The position numbers were made by a program, and so were the translations under genes. Positions 20,195-29,604 of a stretch of DNA of 64,000 nt are shown here, piece by piece (the first letter of the stretch is position 1; every line of letters starts with the position of its first letter). The stretch is from Chitinophagales bacterium. Lineage in GTDB: Bacteria; Bacteroidota; Bacteroidia; Chitinophagales; Chitinophagaceae. Location of the stretch: positions 3,342-67,341 of the forward strand of contig JANPIB010000017.1 of the NCBI GenBank assembly GCA_031424775.1, read 5' to 3'. The notes under the pieces were generated by a model, which did no database searches, had not been told where the DNA came from, and saw only the letters and a program-made list of their open reading frames with translations.

Positions 20195-21163
20195 TTGAAC
20201 TTCAGACCGTTCAGATCATTTCTTCAGCTCCTTTCTCTGCTGTTAAGCATTTGTTCCTTTTCGCAACAAACACAAGCTGGCTTTCCGGCAGTAAAAGTGA
20301 TGTACGATTCAGCACAGGCATGGACGTTTGGAAATCTTCAATTAATCCCAGTTCGATTTGTAGGTGACGGTGGAAGCAAAGGTTACCTACCTTATGATAA
20401 TCTCAACTCTATGCAAAAAGCCCTCAGAGAAAAAAAGCTGAAGGTGAATGAGTTGAAAGGTTCTGGTAATGCTGATGTAAGAGTGCTGGAGATGCGAAAC
20501 ATGTCAAAAGAAGCAATCGTAATCCAATCTGGCGAGATCATTACCGGTGGAAAGCAGGATAGGATCATCAGTCAAACCATGATCATTCCACCAGATAAGG
20601 AGCGATATTATGTGAACGTTTTTTGTGTTGAGAAAAATCGTTGGGACAGAAGAGCAAAGCCATTTAACTATTATCGCTCTGCAGATATGGCTGTTCGTAA
20701 AGCAACTGATGTAAACCGAAAACAACATCACATTTGGGAAGCTATAGATAGTGAACTAAAACTTAGCGGCAAGAATTCTCCAACCTCAGCTTACAGGGAC
20801 GTTCACAATCAGAAAAAATTCTTAGACGAAGATTCTCTCTACCAAAAGTTCTTTAAAAACAAACTAGCCCAGACTGACAGCAACTTTGCAGGTTTTGTAG
20901 CAATCACAGGTAACCAGATCATTGGTACAGATCTTTACTCCACCAAAGAAATGGCAATCGAAGCTTTTGAAAACACACTCAGAAGTTATTCTGCTACTGC
21001 AATCGTTGTTGGAGATCCTCCCGAAGAAAAGAAAGAAGAAGTGATGAAATTTATGACACCCATCCTTTCTGACAACAAAACCCGTAATGATTTTCTGAGA
21101 AACAGGGGTAGAGTGTATACATACCAGGGAAAGATCATTCACATTGTGGCTTATGGTGACTAA
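20195..21163 (+). CDS. Secreted hypothetical protein (possibly DUF6569/ARPP-1-like)
   Basis: Long ORF. The TTG at 20195 gives a plausible signal peptide (MNFRPFRSFLQLLSLLLSICSFSQQTQA). The family call rests on a remembered pattern (GGKQDRI...VFCVEKNRW) and is weak. Confidence 0.5.
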   Translation: MNFRPFRSFLQLLSLLLSICSFSQQTQAGFPAVKVMYDSAQAWTFGNLQLIPVRFVGDGGSKGYLPYDNLNSMQKALREKKLKVNELKGSGNADVRVLEMRNMSKEAIVIQSGEIITGGKQDRIISQTMIIPPDKERYYVNVFCVEKNRWDRRAKPFNYYRSADMAVRKATDVNRKQHHIWEAIDSELKLSGKNSPTSAYRDVHNQKKFLDEDSLYQKFFKNKLAQTDSNFAGFVAITGNQIIGTDLYSTKEMAIEAFENTLRSYSATAIVVGDPPEEKKEEVMKFMTPILSDNKTRNDFLRNRGRVYTYQGKIIHIVAYGD

Positions 21164-21172
21164 TTTTAGCAA

Positions 21173-21853
21173 ATGTATTTTGTAACTCCTCCACGTTGGC
21201 TTAAATGGATGTACTCAAAGGTAATTTGGGAAGTTCCTGTAGAAAAAGATGAAAAGATCCTTTACCTCACTTTCGATGATGGACCACATCCTATTGCAAC
21301 GCCTTTTGTTTTAGATCAACTAAAGCTATATAATGCTAAGGCTACATTCTTTTGCATCGGCAGAAACGTTGCAGATCATGGAGAGATATATAAAACGGTA
21401 CTTGATCATGGACACAAAGTTGGCAACCATACTTACAATCATCTTAACGGATGGAAAGTAAAAGATCAACAGTACATAAATGATATTACAAAGGCGGCAG
21501 AACTGATAGACTCAAAACTTTTCCGCCCACCTTATGGCAGGATTACAAAATTCCAATCTGCTACATTAAGAGGTAAACTTGCAGAAAAAGTTGAATTGAC
21601 TAATCATGGCTCAACTCAAAGCAATGAAGTTTCAGGGTTCAACATTATCATGTGGAATGCGCTGTCTGGTGATTGGGATAAAAATATCACCGGTGAAAAA
21701 TGCTACGAAAATGTAGTGCTGAATGCAAAACCTGGTTCAATCATCGTCTTTCACGATAGTGCCAAAGCTTTGGAACGATTACAATATGCTCTGCCAAAAG
21801 TGCTAGCATATTTTGCTCAACAAGGATATCAATTTAAAGCACTACCATATTAA
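21173..21853 (+). CDS. Polysaccharide deacetylase (NodB homology domain)
   Basis: LTFDDGPHP, ATFFCIG and GNHTYNH motifs. Confidence 0.85.
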   Translation: MYFVTPPRWLKWMYSKVIWEVPVEKDEKILYLTFDDGPHPIATPFVLDQLKLYNAKATFFCIGRNVADHGEIYKTVLDHGHKVGNHTYNHLNGWKVKDQQYINDITKAAELIDSKLFRPPYGRITKFQSATLRGKLAEKVELTNHGSTQSNEVSGFNIIMWNALSGDWDKNITGEKCYENVVLNAKPGSIIVFHDSAKALERLQYALPKVLAYFAQQGYQFKALPY

Positions 21854-21862
21854 AGTAATGCT

Positions 21863-23242
21863 TTATAAACCGTATTTGTCTATCAAGTAGATCAGTGCTG
21901 CAATATTCACTGCTCCAAGTTTTAGTTCACGAATATTCACTGATTCAAACACATCGTTTGCTGCATGATGATGATCAAAGTATCGTTGTGCATCAGGAAT
22001 AAATCCAGCAGTTGGTGTATTTAGATTCCTTGCAAGCGGACCAATATCGGCACCTCCTCCTCCTCTGTTCCATTCAAATACATGATAAGGTTCAAATAAT
22101 TTTTTCCTCTGTTGAATTTTATTCCAGCTAGCATCTGTAACACTCAAACCAAATCCACGAGGAGTAAATCCACCTTCATCACTTTCTAACGCAAAAATGT
22201 GTTTCTCTCCTTTTGCTTTTGCTTCTTCAGCATACTTAGTTCCACCTCTTAAACCATTTTCTTCATTCGCAAAAAGAACAAAACGAATACTATGCTTTGG
22301 CTGATAACCTAACTCTTTCAAAGCCCTGAATACTTCGATGGTATGCACACAACCTGCACCATCGTCGTGAGCACCTTCTGCAGGATCCCAACTATCTAAA
22401 TGTCCGCCGATGGTGATATACTCATCCGGAAATTCAGTTCCTTTCAATTCGGCAATAACGTTATGTCCGATCGTATCAGGAAAGAACTTTCCATTGGTTC
22501 TGATGAATGCAGTAAGTGTTGTGCCTTTTGCTGAAAGCTCGCTCAACAGCTTAACGTCTCTCAAGCCAATTGCAACTGCAGGAATCTTTGGAAGAGAATC
22601 TACATAACGCAAAGAACCTGTGTGAGGATAATTATCTGTAGAGTTACTCATTGATCTTACCATTACCGCAACTGCTCCGTATTTTGCAGCACGGCTGGCT
22701 CCACCTCCTCTGTATCCTGCATATTTACCGTAAGCTTCAAAAGGATTTATTAATGTATCATCAAAGGGAACATCATAAAACACGATTTTACCTTTGATCT
22801 TATCCTTCTTTGATTCCAAATCATCAAAAGATTTTACCGTAATCACTTCTGCCTTAATTCCTTTTGCACCTGTACCTAGTGAATTACCTAAAGCCAGCAC
22901 ATGAAGTGGCAGCGTTTGACTTTTACCGTTCACTTTGTAAGAGGCTGTTGCGGTATCTTTTCCACCACGAACCCAATGTGGTACCATACATTCCTGAAAC
23001 CATGCATTAGCTCCGTAGCTTTTAAAGGTTTCCAACCCCCATTTTTCAGCTTTCACCATTTGTGGTGAACCGGAAAGTCTTGCTCCGACCTTCTTACACA
23101 GATACCAGAGGTTATTATATGCTGCATCCGATGAAAGGATGTTGTTAGAAATGCGTTTTATGAAAAGGGAGTCTTCTGTAAGGTTTTGAGCTGATGCTGA
23201 AAAAGCCAAAACAAGCAACGGAAGTAAGGAGAGTTTTCTCAT
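21863..23242 (-). CDS. M28-family aminopeptidase with a PA domain
   Basis: Signal peptide, with HLDSWD...GAHDDGAG and NEENGLRG metal-ligand blocks. Confidence 0.85.
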   Translation of the reverse strand: MRKLSLLPLLVLAFSASAQNLTEDSLFIKRISNNILSSDAAYNNLWYLCKKVGARLSGSPQMVKAEKWGLETFKSYGANAWFQECMVPHWVRGGKDTATASYKVNGKSQTLPLHVLALGNSLGTGAKGIKAEVITVKSFDDLESKKDKIKGKIVFYDVPFDDTLINPFEAYGKYAGYRGGGASRAAKYGAVAVMVRSMSNSTDNYPHTGSLRYVDSLPKIPAVAIGLRDVKLLSELSAKGTTLTAFIRTNGKFFPDTIGHNVIAELKGTEFPDEYITIGGHLDSWDPAEGAHDDGAGCVHTIEVFRALKELGYQPKHSIRFVLFANEENGLRGGTKYAEEAKAKGEKHIFALESDEGGFTPRGFGLSVTDASWNKIQQRKKLFEPYHVFEWNRGGGGADIGPLARNLNTPTAGFIPDAQRYFDHHHAANDVFESVNIRELKLGAVNIAALIYLIDKYGL

Positions 23243-23360
23243 AGGGGACTAAGTTAATGAATGATTAGGTTTAGCCAGACTACTGAACTAATAAAAATAA
23301 AATGTGTTACTTGCAGATGCTTAGGTTCTCGAATTCAAGGAGATGAAGAAAGTTGCCTCA

Positions 23361-23390
23361 GTAAAAGAGTGCGACGCAACGAAAGATGAA
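23361..23390 (+). repeat. Intergenic motif family, copy 4
   Basis: GTAAAAGAGTGCGACGCAACGAAAGATGAA, about 50 nt upstream of bshA. Confidence 0.5.
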
Positions 23391-23425
23391 AAAGTTACCT
23401 AAGCTGGCGACATAAAAATTTAACC

Positions 23426-24565
23426 ATGAGAATCGGTATTGTTTGCTATCCAACGTTTGGTGGTAGTGGTGTTTTGGCTACTGAGTTGGGAAAAGCATTG
23501 GCAGATAAAGGGCATAGTGTACATTTCATCACTTACCAGCAACCTGTACGGCTAAATGTATTCAGTGCAAATATCTATTATCATGAGGTGAGGGTTCCAA
23601 CCTATCCTTTGTTTGATTATCCACCGTATGAAGTGGCTTTGGCAAGTACTATGGTTGATGTGATCCTGAATCATGATCTTGATCTGCTGCATGTGCATTA
23701 TGCCATTCCACATGCTTCTGCAGCTTATATGGCTAAGCAAATTGTTCTGAAGAAAACAGGCAGAAAAGTTCCGGTGATCACTACACTTCACGGTACAGAC
23801 ATAACGCTTGTGGGTAGAGATAAAACCTACGAACCTGTAGTTACTTTTTCTATTAATGAAAGTGATGCCATTACTGCCGTATCGAAAAATCTGAGAGACG
23901 AGACTTACAATTCATTTGAGATCACAAAAGAAATTGATGTGATCTACAACTTCGTTGATGTAAACCGTTTCAATAAAAAACCGATCGATGCTTTTAGAAG
24001 AGTGATTGCTCCAAATGGTGAGAAAGTGCTGATGCATGCTTCTAATTTTAGGAAGGTGAAGCGAATTCCAGACGTACTCAAGGTTTTTGCTGCAGTTAGA
24101 AATGAAATGCCGGCTAAACTGTTGATGGTAGGTGATGGTCCTGAAAGACCCATAGCTGAAGAATTAGCAAGAGAATATGACATTATTGATGATGTTCGTT
24201 TTGTAGGAAAGCAGGAACAGATGGAAGAGATATTAGCCATAAGCGATGTTTTCTTATTACCATCTGAATATGAAAGTTTTGGTTTGAGTGCTTTGGAAGC
24301 AATGGCAGCTCGTGTTCCTGTGATCAGTACAGATGCAGGAGGTTTGATAGAGATCAACATTCATGGACAAACAGGCTATACGGCAAAAGTTGGAGACATA
24401 GTCAGCATGAGTGAGTTTGCTATTGGCATGCTGAGCAACGAGGAACAATTAGCCAAAATGAAGCAACAGGCTTTTGAGCATGCTCAAACATTCGATATTC
24501 AAACCATCGTGCCGCAGTATGAGAAACTTTATAGCAGGTTCTGCAGAATGGAGCCATGTATTTAA
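23426..24565 (+). CDS. bshA: GT4 glycosyltransferase, BshA-type (N-acetyl-alpha-D-glucosaminyl L-malate synthase)
   Basis: MRIGIVCYPTFGGSGVLATELGKALADKGHSVHFI N-terminus and the EYESFGLSALEAMA GT4 motif. Confidence 0.8.
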   Translation: MRIGIVCYPTFGGSGVLATELGKALADKGHSVHFITYQQPVRLNVFSANIYYHEVRVPTYPLFDYPPYEVALASTMVDVILNHDLDLLHVHYAIPHASAAYMAKQIVLKKTGRKVPVITTLHGTDITLVGRDKTYEPVVTFSINESDAITAVSKNLRDETYNSFEITKEIDVIYNFVDVNRFNKKPIDAFRRVIAPNGEKVLMHASNFRKVKRIPDVLKVFAAVRNEMPAKLLMVGDGPERPIAEELAREYDIIDDVRFVGKQEQMEEILAISDVFLLPSEYESFGLSALEAMAARVPVISTDAGGLIEINIHGQTGYTAKVGDIVSMSEFAIGMLSNEEQLAKMKQQAFEHAQTFDIQTIVPQYEKLYSRFCRMEPCI

Positions 24566-24601
24566 AAGAAGAAAGGACACCTTTAAGTGTCCTCTCTTCT
24601 T
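24566..24601. terminator. Long hairpin between convergent bshA and the envC-like gene
   Basis: AAGAAGAAAGGACAC (24566-24580) pairs with GTGTCCTCTCTTCTT (24587-24601), 14 of 15 bp. It is followed by TTT. Confidence 0.7.
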
Positions 24602-24621
24602 TTAAAATCATTTGCTAATAT

Positions 24622-25947
24622 TTATTTTCTCTTCAACCATTTTTCAGGGTCAAGGTTTGCCCCTCTCTCATTGGTTACCATAAAAGTTACCAATCCATTC
24701 CCATCTTCACTAGCGGCAGCCTTTCCGATCACTGTTCCTGAATAAACTTTTTGTCCTTTACTTACGTTAACAGAAGATAGGTGACTATAAGTAGTGAAGT
24801 ATCTTCCATGTCTTACCAATACGGCTTGCTCACCACCAAGATCAAAAACAGAAGAAACTTCTCCATCGGCTACACTTTTAACTGTTGATCCTACAGGTAA
24901 AGAGATATCAATTCCATCACTAACACCTTTCAACTTTGAATTGGGAACATCGTATGAGCCGAAACCTAATGCAACAAAACCTGATTCTACTGGCCAAGGC
25001 AATCTGCCACGGTTCTTCTCAAATTCTAAAGATTGAACTTCAGAAGCTGACTCAAATTTGCCAGCTGTGCCTGAACGAGTTCCTGTCGTAACTCCGGAAG
25101 TTGCTGGTCCACTAGAACCCTTAGCAGGAGTAGAAGTTCCTGTACTTGGTGCTGGTTTGTTTGCATTTGCTGAAGCTGCAGCCAATCTCTTCCTCTCTTC
25201 TTCTTCACGCTTTTTTGCTGCAGCGATCTCTCGTCTGATAATTGCTGATATCGCACCAGCCAATTCTCTTCTCTCTTTATCTTTTTTCTTGATCTGGCTA
25301 GCCAAATCTTTCTCTTGTCCTTTTAATCCTGCAACAACTTTGTCTTTTTCTTTTCTATCACTTTCCAGATCCTGCAAGGTTTTATTCTGCTCTTTCAAGG
25401 CCATATTCTTTTCCTGGATACTGCTTTGGAAGGATTGTTTCTTCTGACCCAAAACCTGCTGTGTTTTAAAAATTGTATTGAGTTGCGTTTCTCTTTGCTT
25501 TCGATAACTTTTCAGGTATTGAACACGTTTTACCGCATCATTAAAACTGCTGGCAGAAAAAATAAAGTTCAGGTAATCGTAGTTGCTCCTGTTCTTGTAA
25601 GCAAAAACCAGACTCTGGGCATACTGCTTTTTTAAAGTATCCAATTCTTTACTGTAACGATAGATATCAAGGTTGATCGTATATATCTCTTCATCCAACC
25701 TTTTCAGATCTTTACTGATGTTGTTCATCATTTCTTCCCTTGCAGCGATCTTTCGTTTCACTGCAGTCAGTTCACTTAATGAACGTTTCTTATTTCCCTG
25801 AATATTAGAAAGTGTTCTGTTCAGTTCAGCGATCTCATTCTTGAGTTGATTTTGCTTTTTTTCAAGTTCTTCTTTAGTCTGTTGACCAAAACTTGTTAGA
25901 GCAATAATTGCAAAAGCCAGTAGGAGAAGATTTTTTTTCAGCATCAT
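24622..25947 (-). CDS. EnvC-like coiled-coil protein with a degenerate LytM (M23) domain
   Basis: Signal peptide, a long K/E/Q-rich coiled coil and a Pro/Ser/Thr/Gly linker. The C-terminal LytM fold lacks the HxxxD His and the HxH motif. The start is set to MMLKKN at 25947. Confidence 0.8.
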   Translation of the reverse strand: MMLKKNLLLLAFAIIALTSFGQQTKEELEKKQNQLKNEIAELNRTLSNIQGNKKRSLSELTAVKRKIAAREEMMNNISKDLKRLDEEIYTINLDIYRYSKELDTLKKQYAQSLVFAYKNRSNYDYLNFIFSASSFNDAVKRVQYLKSYRKQRETQLNTIFKTQQVLGQKKQSFQSSIQEKNMALKEQNKTLQDLESDRKEKDKVVAGLKGQEKDLASQIKKKDKERRELAGAISAIIRREIAAAKKREEEERKRLAAASANANKPAPSTGTSTPAKGSSGPATSGVTTGTRSGTAGKFESASEVQSLEFEKNRGRLPWPVESGFVALGFGSYDVPNSKLKGVSDGIDISLPVGSTVKSVADGEVSSVFDLGGEQAVLVRHGRYFTTYSHLSSVNVSKGQKVYSGTVIGKAAASEDGNGLVTFMVTNERGANLDPEKWLKRK

Positions 25948-26010
25948 TGTGAATTTACCTGGGTTATCAATGAAGGTCCTTAGCCCATAACGCAATAAAT
26001 CAAGCTATAA

Positions 26011-26832
26011 TTACTTTATCTTATAATTTTTAGGAACATTAAACGGAAACGTTAATGCCGGGTTAAAGGCATATTGCTTAAAGTCCATCGAAAGTTCAAG
26101 TTTTCCTTTTTCTGAAACAGAGATCATTCTTTTTGTGGCAAATGGAAAACCAGCTCCGTTCGCATAATCTGAATAGGTGATGTCGCAAGTTCTGTTCCTG
26201 GCAACATCCACATCATCCAGTTTGCTATGAACTAATGTATAATCACTATTGTTCAGGGTTAACAGATGCTTGAAGAGATCTCCAACGATCAACACTAACA
26301 ACTGATCTCCTGTTTCACGATAAGAGACAACTTTCTTAGTAGCGAAAATTGGGTTGCCAACTATCATATCCTGAAGTGTTGAAAAATCGAAGGGAATATC
26401 AGTTAACTCTTGCAGATAAGAGATCGTACGATATTGAACAGTTTTATTCAGCTTGTTCATAACCGTTACACTGTCTGGCGTGATCAACAGCCTAAAGCCT
26501 TCTACACCTAATGGTCCTGTTACAGACACCCAAAGCAGTTTATCTTTTTGTAACCTTATGTGAGCAGTTCCACCGTCCTTATTTTCCTGCGACTCATAAT
26601 CAACTTTCACCTTTGCAGAGAAGGTATTAAACTCAATTCGCTTCTTATTAACCTTCTCAACTATTCCCGCAATCAGTTTTGCAGAATCAACGTCAGGTGT
26701 TTTCTTGATCACTACTGTTTCAGTAGTATCCTTTTTAGAGAGAGCTTCTTCAACTTTCTGAACTTTTTTAGTTGGGCGACAAGCAAACGCTGCCATCAAA
26801 ACCAAAACAAATATGTAACTGTGCTTTATCAT
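26011..26832 (-). CDS. DUF4292-like (LolB-like) lipoprotein
   Basis: The lipobox MAAFAC appears after the start is moved to the ATG at 26832. There is 1 nt between the dut stop codon and this start. Confidence 0.6.
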   Translation of the reverse strand: MIKHSYIFVLVLMAAFACRPTKKVQKVEEALSKKDTTETVVIKKTPDVDSAKLIAGIVEKVNKKRIEFNTFSAKVKVDYESQENKDGGTAHIRLQKDKLLWVSVTGPLGVEGFRLLITPDSVTVMNKLNKTVQYRTISYLQELTDIPFDFSTLQDMIVGNPIFATKKVVSYRETGDQLLVLIVGDLFKHLLTLNNSDYTLVHSKLDDVDVARNRTCDITYSDYANGAGFPFATKRMISVSEKGKLELSMDFKQYAFNPALTFPFNVPKNYKIK

Positions 26833-26833
26833 T

Positions 26834-27283
26834 CTAATGTTTTCCTGTGTGTCCAAATCCACCTGATCCTCTTTCAGTTTCTTCCAGATCATCCACCAAC
26901 AACCATTCCACCTGCTCTACCTTTTGTATCACCATTTGAGCAATACGATCTCCATGATTTATCTGCTGATCTTCATTGGAGAGATTGATCAATATCACCT
27001 TCAACTCACCTCTGTAATCTGCATCAACCGTTCCCGGAGAATTCAAACAAGTAAGCCCATGCTTCAAAGCCAATCCGCTTCTTGGTCTTACCTGTGCTTC
27101 GAGTCCTTCAGGCAGTTCAATAAACAATCCTGTAGGTATTAAATATCTTTCTAAAGGCTTCAACACAATTGACTGATGCAGGTTTGCTCGTAAATCCATA
27201 CCTGATGAGCCAGAAGTTGCATACGCAGGCAACGGATTTGTTGATTGGTTAACAATTCTAACCTGTAAAACAGCCATGAACAA
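26834..27283 (-). CDS. dut: dUTP diphosphatase
   Basis: [29 protein letters not shown] and C-terminal [10 protein letters not shown] motifs. Confidence 0.95.
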   Translation of the reverse strand: MFMAVLQVRIVNQSTNPLPAYATSGSSGMDLRANLHQSIVLKPLERYLIPTGLFIELPEGLEAQVRPRSGLALKHGLTCLNSPGTVDADYRGELKVILINLSNEDQQINHGDRIAQMVIQKVEQVEWLLVDDLEETERGSGGFGHTGKH

Positions 27284-27365
27284 AGCTAATTTTTTGATGA
27301 TGGCTTCACCTTTTTAGTTATCCATCAATATGTTAAAGAATTACTAGAATACCAGCTTCAGATTT

Positions 27366-27401
27366 CCATAGCGTCTTCGTTGCCTCGCAAGCTCTTGTAC
27401 G
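27366..27401 (-). repeat. Intergenic motif family, copy 5
   Basis: The rc reads CGTACAAGAGCTTGCGAGGCAACGAAGACGCTATGG, about 100 nt upstream of dut in the sense orientation. Confidence 0.5.
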
Positions 27402-27423
27402 TTCCAACATTTAGCAACCGTTC

Positions 27424-27456
27424 AGATGTCAGACACTTTCAAAGTGTCAGACATCT
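27424..27456 (-). terminator. 13-nt-arm inverted repeat just downstream of ispF (hairpin or operator)
   Basis: AGATGTCAGACAC-tttcaaa-GTGTCAGACATCT, 12 of 13 complementary. It begins 16 nt after the ispF stop and has no U-tract. Confidence 0.45.
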
Positions 27457-27471
27457 ACTATCAAACTTCCA

Positions 27472-27951
27472 TCAAACCTTCTGCAACAAAACTGAAGCAT
27501 AAGCAACCAAGCCTTCTTCTCTACCAACAAAACCCATCGTTTCGGTGGTTGTAGCTTTTATTGAAACATCGGTTATACTCAATTCAACTATACCCGAGAT
27601 TACTTTTCGCATATCATCTACATAAGGCTTGATCTTCGGTTTTTCCAGGCATAAGGTTGAGTCTATGTTTACTAGTTTATAGCCCTTATCCCTTACAAGT
27701 TCATAGCTTCTTTGCAAGAGTATCTTACTGTCAATGTTCTTGAACTCAGATGAGGTATCAGGAAAATGTGTACCAATGTCACCCAAAGCCAAAGCTCCCA
27801 GCATAGCATCACAAATCGCATGAAGCAATACATCAGCATCGCTGTGACCCAAAGCACCTTTCATATGAGGTATTTTCACACCTCCCAACCATAGATCACG
27901 ACCTTCTACCAGTTGGTGAAAATCTACTCCCTGACCAATTCTAAACGACAT
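27472..27951 (-). CDS. ispF: 2-C-methyl-D-erythritol 2,4-cyclodiphosphate synthase
   Basis: IGQGVDFHQL, GHSDADVLLHAICDA and ATTTE blocks. Confidence 0.95.
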   Translation of the reverse strand: MSFRIGQGVDFHQLVEGRDLWLGGVKIPHMKGALGHSDADVLLHAICDAMLGALALGDIGTHFPDTSSEFKNIDSKILLQRSYELVRDKGYKLVNIDSTLCLEKPKIKPYVDDMRKVISGIVELSITDVSIKATTTETMGFVGREEGLVAYASVLLQKV

Positions 27952-27968
27952 AAGCCTGATTTAACGCA

Positions 27969-27995
27969 AAAAGCGAAGGTAAACCCTTCGCTTTT
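27969..27995 (-). terminator. Hairpin terminator after porV
   Basis: AAAAGCGAAGG-taaac-CCTTCGCTTTT, a perfect 11-bp stem including A/T runs. Confidence 0.65.
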
Positions 27996-28014
27996 AATTT
28001 ATTATCTGTGTAGA

Positions 28015-29187
28015 TTACTTAGTGCCCGTGTTCTCTTTATCCAGATCGAAGATCAAACTAAAGCGTAAAGTGTTTGAAAGTGGATTCCTGTTCACCCCAT
28101 TTCCTGAAGGGATCAGATAAGAGAAATTCAGCCCGAAAACGTTGTATTTAACTCCAACACCAAGCGTGAAATACTTACGATTCCCTTTGGTTTTGTCTTC
28201 ATAAAAATATCCGGCTCTCGCCATGAACTGGTCATTGTAAGAATATTCAGCACCTAAGCCAAACATCAGTTCTTTAAACTCATTTCCCCCATCAGAAAAA
28301 GACTTAAACCAGCTCTGCAACACACCGGAACTTCTGTAATCTACAAGGTTGATAGAATCTTGCTTACTATCGGTTGGATCGGTTGGCAATGGTGGGGTTG
28401 GAACCAATAATTTATTGATATCAACCGCAAAAGTTACTTTACTAGTCTCATCAAAAACCTTAGTATAAGAAACACCTAAACCAAGGTTTGCTGGAATATA
28501 GTCTTTGTTATTTACGTCGTTGGTGTAAGCGATTTTAGATCCCAGGTTTGAAAGAGCAATACCCCAGGCAAATCCGCCAGTAGCTTCTTTAACGTTACTA
28601 TGATATAGAGAAACATCACCAGCTACTGCATTACCTGCTTTATAAGTAACACCGTTTGCTGATTGTCCACCTGCAAGGTTAGAATTAATGTATCGAAGTG
28701 CAACACCTAATCCCAATTTATCACTAAGCTTACGGCTATATCCGAAATCAAGCGAAAACTCTCTCGGACGGAAAGAACCAAGGTCATTTCCGGCAAAATC
28801 GGTGAACTGAATATTACCCAAGCTAAAATATCTCGTAGAAACTGAGAGTGCCTGTTGATCATCCAACTGGTAATAACCAGCAAGAGAAGCTAGATAAACA
28901 TCGTTCAATCCCAAATCTCTCAACCATGGAGTATAAGTAACTGAAAGGGATGTTTTACTTTGAGCGAACGGGGTTTTGGCCAGGTTCCAAAAGGCTGAGT
29001 TTGCATCTGGAGCTGTAGCAATTCCCACATCACCCATACCACCTGCTCTGGCATCTGGAGATATTCTTAAGAAAGGTACAGCAGTAGTTACTACGTTGAT
29101 CTTTTCTGTGGTCTGAGCTATCGCTTTGGTTACAACCGAGCATAGAAATAACAATACAGCAGTTCTCAGTGTTATTCGTGTCATCAA
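28015..29187 (-). CDS. porV: Type IX secretion outer-membrane beta-barrel PorV (LptO)
   Basis: VPFLRISPDARAGGMGDVGIA N-terminal signature. The rest has beta-barrel character and ends in an aromatic-rich strand. Confidence 0.85.
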   Translation of the reverse strand: MMTRITLRTAVLLFLCSVVTKAIAQTTEKINVVTTAVPFLRISPDARAGGMGDVGIATAPDANSAFWNLAKTPFAQSKTSLSVTYTPWLRDLGLNDVYLASLAGYYQLDDQQALSVSTRYFSLGNIQFTDFAGNDLGSFRPREFSLDFGYSRKLSDKLGLGVALRYINSNLAGGQSANGVTYKAGNAVAGDVSLYHSNVKEATGGFAWGIALSNLGSKIAYTNDVNNKDYIPANLGLGVSYTKVFDETSKVTFAVDINKLLVPTPPLPTDPTDSKQDSINLVDYRSSGVLQSWFKSFSDGGNEFKELMFGLGAEYSYNDQFMARAGYFYEDKTKGNRKYFTLGVGVKYNVFGLNFSYLIPSGNGVNRNPLSNTLRFSLIFDLDKENTGTK

Positions 29188-29604
29188 ATGAGTGTTTTGT
29201 AAATTTTCAATTGCAGATCGGCAGGGGGCTGCCTTTCAAATTAAATGAAGTAGAAATCGATCATCCAATGCTTTTGGTTACGAATTTTAGAGTTGAAAAT
29301 GGCTGCTGTTGCCATAATCGGCTGCAATGATACGTAAATATAGACACCTTTATTTAAAATTTCGCTGTTTTGTGTTGCAGGTTTTTTAACTGATGATGAG
29401 GCAGTTTACAGCACCAAAGCATTTCAATTTGCAATCGTTTGCATATAAAGCTGTATAAAGTCAACCTTTAATTATATTTTCGCTAACACAGGACATTCAG
29501 GTGAGGCTCGTTTGGTTAAGAGAAATCTTTATATTCGCAGTCTTAACATCCTTGAAACAATATTCATTACCCGGCTTCGTTAATTACGAATCAAAATCTG
29601 TCTA

